A DNA stretch of 4,954 nt from a virus (taxonomy: Duplodnaviria > Heunggongvirae > Uroviricota > Caudoviricetes), in the IMG/VR virus record IMGVR_UViG_2579779052_000005, one strand, 5' to 3'. Positions 1 through 4,954 of the stretch are shown one piece after another. The notes beneath the pieces are model-generated. The model saw only the letters and a program-made list of their open reading frames with translations. It searched no databases and was not told where the DNA came from. The position numbers and the translations under genes were made by a program. Position 1 is the stretch's first letter, and each line of letters opens with the position of its first letter.

Positions 1-294
1 GTTGCGCACGTATTCGGTGAACGCACTATGGCGACGCTGGGGCGTCTTATGAGCCTGCTGTCACCCTTTGACGTGGTGATATGGATGACGGATGGCTGGC
101 CGCTGTATGAATCCCGCCTGAAGGGAAAGCTGCACGTAATCAGCAAGCGATATACGCAGCGAATTGAGCGGCATAACCTGAATCTGAGGCAGCACCTGGC
201 ACGGCTGGGACGGAAGTCGCTGTCGTTCTCAAAATCGGTGGAGCTGCATGACAAAGTCATCGGGCATTATCTGAACATAAAACACTATCAATAA
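1..294 (+). CDS. insB: IS1 transposase InsB reading frame, C-terminal part (5'-truncated by window edge)
   Basis: ORF track 28..294 is the Met-initiated tail; the frame is open from base 1 and matches InsB as I recall it. Stop TAA at 292-294. Confidence 0.93.
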   Translation, partial: VAHVFGERTMATLGRLMSLLSPFDVVIWMTDGWPLYESRLKGKLHVISKRYTQRIERHNLNLRQHLARLGRKSLSFSKSVELHDKVIGHYLNIKHYQ

Positions 295-309
295 GTTGGA
301 GTCATTACC
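287..309. repeat. IS1 right terminal inverted repeat (IRR)
   Basis: atcaataagttggagtcattacc; its reverse complement ggtaatgactccaacttattgat matches the IRL at 4472-4494 at 18 of 23 positions, including the shared core ccaactta-tgat. Confidence 0.9.
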
Positions 310-521
310 ACCAATCTGTTATATTATATATAGCTGCGTGGAATCATAATATCATATATTTTGACTGGCATGTTTACCAAATTTAAGTTGCATCTCAATG
401 GTTTCTTCAGCGTAAACAGAGTTTTTATACAAACTGACACTCTGGGTATCATAGTGTAGTTTTTACGATTGTAAATATCCTGTATGCAGGAACTCATCCT
501 TTTGGATGATATCGCATACAA

Positions 522-1481
522 TTAATTTACCATCAGTCTTAGAGCCAGTTCGTCCGGATAGGGATCGAAGTAATTCTGTGTAAGCAAGTAATCATTAGGA
601 TACTCACCCAGATAATGCTTCAGCAGAGTCAACGGCGCAAGAAGAGGTAATGTGCCAGAACGATAGTTAAGTATAACCTCGCTCAACTCTTTACGCTGGC
701 GTGTACTTAAGTAGTTACTAAAATACCCCTGTATATGCATCAGCACATTCGTGTGATTTTTACGTGATGCAGGTTTTCTGAGAATCGCCATCAGCTTATC
801 ACGATACACCTCAAAGTATGATTCAAGATCCGCCCACTCGTGTATTGCAGCCACAAATGGTCCCATATCTTTATAGCCTGTCTGACTATGCGCCAACAAC
901 TGAAGCTTATAACGACTATGAAAAGCCAATAACTCTCTTCTTGATAATTTCTCCTTGTAAAGGTGATTGAGCTCATGCAAAGCAAAAACTCTTTCAACAA
1001 AATTCTCACGAAGCACTGGATCATGTAATCGCCCATCCTCTTCAACCGGTAGCCAGGAAAACTTTTCCATCAAAGTGCTCGTAAATAGTCCCACTCCATC
1101 TTTACGACCTCGATTACCATTTTCATCATAGACACGCACGCGCTCCATGCCACAGCTGGGAGATTTAGCACAAACCACAAACCCCGATACATCCTTTAAT
1201 TTGTCCATATAAGAACGACTAAACTCTGTCATTCTCTCTGTCACATCCTCATTCTGGTCGTGGCTGAAACACATCCGTATATTTCCTTGCGTCGAGCGCA
1301 CAAGACGTAGAGCAGGACGCGGAACTGGCAGCCCTATAGCCATTTCCGGACATACTGGTCTGAATGTTACCCATTCCACTAATTTGTCCATTAAAAAGTC
1401 AGCTCTTTTGTGACCACCATCAAAACGAACAGCAGAACCGGCCAAACAACCGCTGATTCCAATCACAGGTTTTTTTATCAT
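522..1481 (-). CDS. DUF523 (TudS-like 2-thiouracil desulfurase domain) / DUF1722 (YbgA-like) fusion protein, 319 aa
   Basis: The N-terminus (IGISGCLAGSAVRFDGGHKR ... VCPEMAIGLPVP ... VVCAKSPSCG) resembles DUF523/TudS with Cys at 12, 44 and 104. The C-terminal half (HSQTGY...HTNVLMHIQGYF...YRSGTLPLLAPLTLLKHYL...YLLTQNYFDPYPDELALR) resembles DUF1722/YbgA. GGAGG lies just upstream of the ATG at 1481, though the spacing is short. Recognition is from memory, not a search. Confidence 0.8.
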   Translation of the reverse strand: MIKKPVIGISGCLAGSAVRFDGGHKRADFLMDKLVEWVTFRPVCPEMAIGLPVPRPALRLVRSTQGNIRMCFSHDQNEDVTERMTEFSRSYMDKLKDVSGFVVCAKSPSCGMERVRVYDENGNRGRKDGVGLFTSTLMEKFSWLPVEEDGRLHDPVLRENFVERVFALHELNHLYKEKLSRRELLAFHSRYKLQLLAHSQTGYKDMGPFVAAIHEWADLESYFEVYRDKLMAILRKPASRKNHTNVLMHIQGYFSNYLSTRQRKELSEVILNYRSGTLPLLAPLTLLKHYLGEYPNDYLLTQNYFDPYPDELALRLMVN

Positions 1482-1673
1482 ATCCTCCCCCTTGACTAAT
1501 TCATTAACACATAAACTGTGTAGTGCACGGAATAAATTGCCTTTCTGGCGTCATCACTGACAATTTTTCTGTTATGGACTATTCCTAATATAGTATGAAA
1601 GTTCTTTAAGTGATCGGTCGTAATCATCTATCTTTCATACTTACTCTCAACTATCAAAAGTACAGGATTTATT

Positions 1674-2198
1674 ATGAAGTTATGGCCTGTGTTGACTGGC
1701 ATTGCGCTCTCTTTCACTCTTATAGCATGTAAGGCCCCGACACCACCTAAAGGTGTGCAGCCGATTACAAATTTTGACGCCAACCGCTACCTCGGAAAAT
1801 GGTATGAAATAGCTCGCCTCGAGAACCGGTTCGAACGTGGTCTGGAACAGGTCAGCGCTACTTATGGAAAACGGAACGACGGAGGGATTCGTGTACTTAA
1901 CCGTGGATACGATCCAACGAAAAATAAATGGAGCGAGAGCGAAGGTAAAGCATACTTTACTGGAGATACTAAAACTGCAGCGTTGAAGGTTTCGTTTTTT
2001 GGCCCCTTCTATGGTGGCTATAATGTAATCAAACTGGATGATGAGTATAAGTATGCTCTTGTCAGTGGTCCGAACAGAGAATACCTATGGATTCTGGCAA
2101 GGACCTCAACTATTCCAGATAAAGTAAAAGCAGACTATGTGCGAACCGCTCAAAAGTTGGGATTCAATGTCAATGAATTATTATGGGTTAAACAATAA
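1674..2198 (+). CDS. blc: Blc-family outer-membrane lipoprotein (bacterial lipocalin), 174 aa
   Basis: The translation aligns along its whole length with E. coli Blc as I recall it (shared blocks NFDA.RYLG.WYEIAR...RFERGLE.V.ATY...SEGKAYFTG...AALKVSFFGPFYGGYNVI.LD.EY..ALV.GP.R.YLWIL.RT), at roughly 60% identity. Lipoprotein signal peptide with lipobox LIAC (Cys19) and Lys at +2, which predicts outer-membrane sorting. AGGA lies 7 nt upstream of the ATG. Confidence 0.9.
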   Translation: MKLWPVLTGIALSFTLIACKAPTPPKGVQPITNFDANRYLGKWYEIARLENRFERGLEQVSATYGKRNDGGIRVLNRGYDPTKNKWSESEGKAYFTGDTKTAALKVSFFGPFYGGYNVIKLDDEYKYALVSGPNREYLWILARTSTIPDKVKADYVRTAQKLGFNVNELLWVKQ

Positions 2199-2226
2199 AA
2201 TCCCTACCCGAAATGATACTTATTAG

Positions 2227-2253
2227 AAAAAAACCAGCCTTTGGGGAGGCTGG
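2227..2253 (-). terminator. Rho-independent terminator acting on minus-strand transcripts (between convergent quuD and blc-like genes)
   Basis: Perfect 7-bp inverted repeat ccagcct (2234-2240) / aggctgg (2247-2253) with a 6-nt loop. On the minus strand the hairpin is followed directly by a run of 7 U (complement of aaaaaaa at 2227-2233). On the plus strand it is followed by cuaaauc, so it is a weak terminator at best for blc. Confidence 0.6.
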
Positions 2254-2353
2254 CTAAATCAGGAAACAAGCTGTTATATGATAATAACTACGTTGCGATT
2301 CCAACATTTAAAATGTTAGACTAATGACAATCAGACAGCAACTTTTCCTTTAA

Positions 2354-2731
2354 TTATTTCGAACAATCAGCATCCATCTCCAATCGGAGATCCAACACCA
2401 TCAGCATACCCTCCACTACGCCCTCAGCTTTCTGGAGCATCCTGCCAACCCAACAATCAGATCGCCCATGCTTACGTGCAAGCGCCATAAAAGTCATGCC
2501 GCCGACATAATAGTCCACCAATAAATCATGCAAATCGCTGTTGTTCTTTTTCAGACGGGCCATGCACCCGCAAATGATCATCGCGTCATCGTCACAACAT
2601 TGTGGGCGAGATTTTACTTTTGAAGGAATTAATCCCTTAAAACCGGCGGCAATGGACGACCAGGTCACATCTTCATGATTATTAGCCGCCCACGCTCCCC
2701 AACGCTCAAGAACCATCTGAATATCACGCAT
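2354..2731 (-). CDS. quuD: Lambdoid prophage late-gene antiterminator Q (QuuD-like), 125 aa
   Basis: Translation [88 protein letters not shown]... matches DLP12 QuuD as I recall it. The ORF track's N-terminal extension MWSKL comes from a TTG; the likely true start is the ATG at 2731-2729, with GGAG 8 nt upstream. Confidence 0.88.
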   Translation of the reverse strand: MRDIQMVLERWGAWAANNHEDVTWSSIAAGFKGLIPSKVKSRPQCCDDDAMIICGCMARLKKNNSDLHDLLVDYYVGGMTFMALARKHGRSDCWVGRMLQKAEGVVEGMLMVLDLRLEMDADCSK

Positions 2732-2816
2732 CAACTTACTCCACAAAAATCAGACCAGAACGCCAATTACAAGCAAAAATCAACAAAACAGTATTAGTTG
2801 ATTGTTATCTCTGACT

Positions 2817-2954
2817 TCATACTCCTGCTCCTGTCAGGGTTTTGGCGTAATTCTTCAGTATTCGGTAATCGGTCAAAACAGAACCGGGAAAATGATATAA
2901 GTGCAGGCGCACCCAGCGGCGGCGAAGACGTTCTGCCATATAAGACTCAAACAT
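2817..2954 (-). CDS. ylcG: YlcG-like small prophage protein, 45 aa (alternative internal start at 2939 gives 40 aa)
   Basis: Not in the ORF track (too short). Hand translation of the minus strand gives [45 protein letters not shown]. The ATG at 2954-2952 overlaps the rusA stop (TGATG). Size and position between rusA and quuD match ylcG in DLP12; the sequence itself is not verified from memory. Confidence 0.5.
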   Translation of the reverse strand: MFESYMAERLRRRWVRLHLYHFPGSVLTDYRILKNYAKTLTGAGV

Positions 2955-3316
2955 CATTCATCTCCCAGTTCAGTGATGGTCAGCTCCAGCTTCCCACCTT
3001 TGGTAACGGGCATCTTCACAACACGGTAATCAACGACCTGAACATCATCCAGCCAGAAACCTGCTTTGGTAAGTGCGTCAAAAGCAGCTTTTTGCAGATT
3101 ATCCAGGTCACGGCGACGGCGATCCGGCATGTGACACTCAATGCGGATTTTCACAGGAATAGCCAGGCCGATATCCAGCATTGCGTTTTTAATGATTCGG
3201 GCGACGTTATCGCGGTATGCCTGCCCCTCTGCGCTGATGTGCGTGCGCCCGCGATTATGGCGGTAATAGCGATTATTGCTCGGAGGCCAGGGTAATGTGA
3301 TGCTGTAGGTATTCAC
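2954..3316 (-). CDS. rusA: Holliday-junction resolvase RusA (crossover junction endodeoxyribonuclease), 120 aa
   Basis: Translation [108 protein letters not shown]... is near-identical to E. coli RusA as I recall it. Asp70, Asp72 and Asp91 are present. GTG start at 3316 overlaps the ybcO stop (GTGA). Confidence 0.93.
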   Translation of the reverse strand: MNTYSITLPWPPSNNRYYRHNRGRTHISAEGQAYRDNVARIIKNAMLDIGLAIPVKIRIECHMPDRRRRDLDNLQKAAFDALTKAGFWLDDVQVVDYRVVKMPVTKGGKLELTITELGDE

Positions 3317-3603
3317 GCCTTAATAACCCCCTCTTTCAGCCAGATAACCTGTGTTCTCGCCATATCTTCCAGCGCGCATTCTTTTGCATACTCAGCATCG
3401 ACAAAATGTGTGCGGCGGTCGATTTCGTCGTGACAGGCAGAACATGCAATGGTGGCAATCAGGTCTGGCGGTTTGATACCGGTACCGCACAATCCAGCCA
3501 GCCGGATATGTGCCAGTACAGACGTCTCAGAATTGCCATTACATACGCCAGGGATTCTTACCTGGCATTCCCGACCACGCGCTGCTTTTCTCAAATCAGC
3601 CAT
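3313..3603 (-). CDS. ybcO: YbcO (DUF1364 family, putative Cys-rich nuclease), 96 aa
   Basis: Translation [96 protein letters not shown] matches DLP12 YbcO. The ORF track starts 13 codons upstream, but the ATG at 3603-3601 is preceded by AGGAGG at a 5-nt spacing (minus strand gcaAGGAGGaatcATG). Confidence 0.88.
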   Translation of the reverse strand: MADLRKAARGRECQVRIPGVCNGNSETSVLAHIRLAGLCGTGIKPPDLIATIACSACHDEIDRRTHFVDAEYAKECALEDMARTQVIWLKEGVIKA

Positions 3604-3766
3604 GATTCCTCCTTGCTGCCAGTCGCAACCATTTTTTATCAACCAGGCTGGCGGTATACCCTAGCAGTGTTGGTATTTCGGATGGCTTCAGCTCAGGCTT
3701 ACGCTTACGACGATTTGGTACTCTGTAGATGTGTCCGTTCATGACCCGAATAAGCGGTGTAGTCAT
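3596..3766 (-). CDS. ninE: NinE-family small phage protein, 56 aa
   Basis: Not in the ORF track. Hand translation gives [56 protein letters not shown]. The ATG overlaps the ybcN stop (TAATG) and the 3' end overlaps the ybcO start by 8 nt (ATGGCTGA). Position between ybcN and ybcO fits nin-region synteny. Confidence 0.75.
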   Translation of the reverse strand: MTTPLIRVMNGHIYRVPNRRKRKPELKPSEIPTLLGYTASLVDKKWLRLAARRNHG

Positions 3767-4221
3767 TACGCCTCCTGCTTGTCGCGCAGCAGCTGGAACT
3801 CGCAGCTCTGCGGAATAGTCAGGCGGCAGCCAATATTCATCGCCCAGGCTTCAACCTTACACAGGAAGACATACATCTCTCCGGTATCAAGATCGGAGGT
3901 ATGGCGTAACGACTGGATCGTAGTGACTTCGCCGGTTACGACATCAACCAGGTCCTTGGTTTCATAACCGAGGTATGTGTGTTTGAGAGCATCTTTTACC
4001 CATGCTGCAGTAGCGAACGATTCCCCCCTGCTGATGAGGTACTCACTGATTTCGCTGTACCACATGTGGCTGAGTGCATTCTGGGAAAGACTGCGTCTTT
4101 CGCGCCACGGTTTAAGCACCATGCGAAAGCATTTGCCGTCCTCCAGATAAGGCTGGATCTGCTGACCGATAGCGGTGAAGTTACCGCGATGTAATTTGAT
4201 GCCGTCTTGTGGGAGGTTCAC
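3766..4221 (-). CDS. ybcN: YbcN (DLP12-type prophage DNA base-flipping protein), 151 aa
   Basis: Translation [66 protein letters not shown]... matches E. coli YbcN as I recall it. GTG start at 4221 with GGAGGT 5 nt upstream. Confidence 0.9.
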   Translation of the reverse strand: MNLPQDGIKLHRGNFTAIGQQIQPYLEDGKCFRMVLKPWRERRSLSQNALSHMWYSEISEYLISRGESFATAAWVKDALKHTYLGYETKDLVDVVTGEVTTIQSLRHTSDLDTGEMYVFLCKVEAWAMNIGCRLTIPQSCEFQLLRDKQEA

Positions 4222-4319
4222 GCTTCACCTCCGCAGAGGTCAAACGCTGGATGCAAAAAATCGCAGGTGCATTTCTGCATCTGTGAAGGGAGAAGAGAGT
4301 TTAGATTGTATGTGCGCAT
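4218..4319 (-). CDS. ylcH: YlcH-like small prophage protein, 33 aa
   Basis: Not in the ORF track. Hand translation gives [33 protein letters not shown]. Its stop overlaps the ybcN GTG start (GTGA). Size and position upstream of ybcN fit DLP12 ylcH; the sequence is not verified from memory. Confidence 0.45.
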   Translation of the reverse strand: MRTYNLNSLLPSQMQKCTCDFLHPAFDLCGGEA

Positions 4320-4374
4320 AAACGTCCCCGTTTAGCGCAGAAGTCACCGGAGTTGTTCAGGCTCCGATGACATG

Positions 4375-4403
4375 ATTATGGCGAGTTGATTATGGAAAAT
4401 CAA
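4375..4403 (-). promoter_or_regulatory. Candidate sigma70 promoter for the ylcH-ybcN-ninE-ybcO-rusA-ylcG-quuD gene string
   Basis: On the minus strand: TTGATT (4403-4398), a 17-nt spacer, then CATAAT (4380-4375), about 55 nt upstream of the ylcH ATG. Pattern match only. Confidence 0.25.
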
Positions 4404-4471
4404 ATTAGTACAAATCACCACTGAAGCGTAAATTTTCCAGTTTGTTACGGTGAAAATTGATTTGCTGTGCG

Positions 4472-4494
4472 GGTGATGCTGCCAACTTACTGAT
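4472..4494. repeat. IS1 left terminal inverted repeat (IRL)
   Basis: ggtgatgctgccaacttactgat; imperfect inverted repeat of the IRR at 287-309. Confidence 0.9.
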
Positions 4495-4526
4495 TTAGTG
4501 TATGATGGTGTTTTTGAGGTGCTCCA

Positions 4527-4802
4527 GTGGCTTCTGTTTCTATCAGCTGTCCCTCCTGTTCAGCTACTGACGGGGTGGTGCGTAACGGCAAAAGCACTGC
4601 CGGACATCAGCGCTATCTCTGCTCTCACTGCCGTAAAACATGGCAACTGCAGTTCACTTACACCGCTTCTCAACCCGGTACGCACCAGAAAATCATTGAT
4701 ATGGCCATGAATGGCGTTGGATGCCGGGCAACCGCCCGCATTATGGGCGTTGGCCTCAACACGATTTTCCGCCATTTAAAAAACTCAGGCCGCAGTCGGT
4801 AA
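4527..4802 (+). CDS. insA: IS1 InsA (transposition inhibitor / DNA-binding protein), 91 aa
   Basis: Translation [91 protein letters not shown] matches InsA with its zinc-finger-like CxxC...CxxC N-terminus. Confidence 0.95.
   Translation: MASVSISCPSCSATDGVVRNGKSTAGHQRYLCSHCRKTWQLQFTYTASQPGTHQKIIDMAMNGVGCRATARIMGVGLNTIFRHLKNSGRSR
4778..4784 (+). other. IS1 programmed -1 ribosomal frameshift site (A6C slippery heptamer)
   Basis: aaaaaac at 4778-4784, lying in the insA zero frame as tta-aaa-aac, 16 nt before the insA stop. Confidence 0.8.
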
Positions 4803-4954
4803 CCTCGCGCATACAACCGGGCAGTGATGTGATTGTCTGCGCTGAAATGGACGAACAGTGGGGCTACGTCGGTGCTAAATCACGTCAGCGCTGGCTGTTT
4901 TACGCGTATGACAGGATACGGAAGACGGTTGTTGCGCACGTTTTCGGTGAACGC
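4778..4954 (+). CDS. insB: IS1 insB' reading frame, 5' part (-1 frame relative to insA; 3'-truncated by window edge)
   Basis: The -1 frame from the slippery site reads [60 protein letters not shown], matching InsB and running into the same InsB segment seen at the start of the window. It has no start codon of its own and is expressed as an InsAB' fusion. Confidence 0.85.

Larger units (their letters stand above)
1..309 (+). mobile_element. IS1 insertion sequence, 3' portion (copy A; 5' part lies upstream of the window)
   Basis: Frame 1 from base 1 translates to the InsB C-terminus ([97 protein letters not shown]). The element ends with the characteristic IS1 terminus ...aagttggagtcattacc at 309. 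Confidence 0.95.
4472..4954 (+). mobile_element. IS1 insertion sequence, 5' portion (copy B; continues past the window end)
   Basis: Starts with the IS1 left terminus ggtgatgctgccaacttactgat at 4472, followed by insA and the start of the insB frame. Same orientation as copy A. Confidence 0.95.

Noticed and set aside
324-521. 65-aa minus-strand ORF in the AT-rich spacer between IS1 copy A and the DUF523/DUF1722 gene
   Set aside because: Begins with TTG immediately after the upstream gene's stop, has no SD sequence, and has a low-complexity AT-driven composition with no recognisable family; more likely non-coding 3' spacer. A small protein cannot be excluded without conservation data.
791-1045. 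84-aa minus-strand ORF
   Set aside because: Nested in an alternative frame inside the DUF523/DUF1722 gene, which is the strongly supported reading.
2798-3295. 165-aa ORF on the plus strand
   Set aside because: Lies entirely antisense to the well-supported rusA and ylcG genes, has no recognisable family features, and its length is adequately explained by chance openness opposite a coding region.
3406-4194. Four plus-strand ORFs (3406..3744, 3449..3664, 3731..3967, 3979..4194)
   Set aside because: All are antisense to ybcO, ninE and ybcN, whose translations match known prophage proteins; none shows a recognisable family signature or a convincing ribosome-binding site.
4320-4471. Possible 3' remnant of an IS1-disrupted gene (the ybcM position) between ylcH and the IS1 IRL
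   Set aside because: Two minus-strand frames are open for 21 and 42 codons running in from the IS1 junction, but neither peptide is recognisable and the interval is short; I cannot support a pseudogene call without a database comparison.
4498-4775. ORFs 4498..4710 (+) and 4560..4775 (-) inside IS1
   Set aside because: They overlap insA in other frames or on the opposite strand. The IS1 coding organisation (insA plus frameshifted insB') explains the region; no additional IS1 gene of this kind is established as far as I know.
1-4954. Possibility that the window is one circular molecule or an assembly wrap-around, since the first and last 24 nt nearly coincide
   Set aside because: The two ends differ at one base, which favours two separate IS1 copies. 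Not fully excluded, so kept as a caveat in the first finding.
1-4954. CRISPR arrays, tRNA or rRNA genes, integron attC sites
   Set aside because: No array of short direct repeats with regular spacers and no cloverleaf-like or rRNA-like segments were seen on reading the sequence; the only structured repeats are the IS1 termini, the terminator hairpin and the 15-bp palindrome already reported.

Overview
The window is a roughly 4.16-kb segment bracketed by two partial IS1 copies in direct orientation (3' end of one at 1-309, 5' end of another at 4472-4954). The interior is a mosaic of two blocks. (1) A roughly 50% GC block on the minus strand (2354-4319) is a remnant of a lambdoid, DLP12-like prophage nin/Q region with gene order ylcH-ybcN-ninE-ybcO-rusA-ylcG-quuD. 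It is cut off upstream by IS1 and lacks the lysis cassette that normally follows Q. (2) A visibly AT-richer block (310-2353) sits where lambdoid phages usually carry accessory genes downstream of Q. It holds a Blc-family lipocalin lipoprotein gene (+) and, divergently, a gene for a DUF523 (TudS-like) / DUF1722 (YbgA-like) fusion protein (-). An intrinsic terminator lies between the convergent quuD and blc-like genes. I saw no rRNA, tRNA or CRISPR array. All protein identifications come from my recognition of the translated ORFs; no database search was possible, so family names and any residue numbering should be confirmed by HMM or BLAST. Three small genes (ninE, ylcG, ylcH) are absent from the supplied ORF track and were found by hand translation of the minus strand. 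I did not find a clearly novel system; the most interesting aspects are the IS1-bracketed mosaic and the AT-rich two-gene cargo at the post-Q position.
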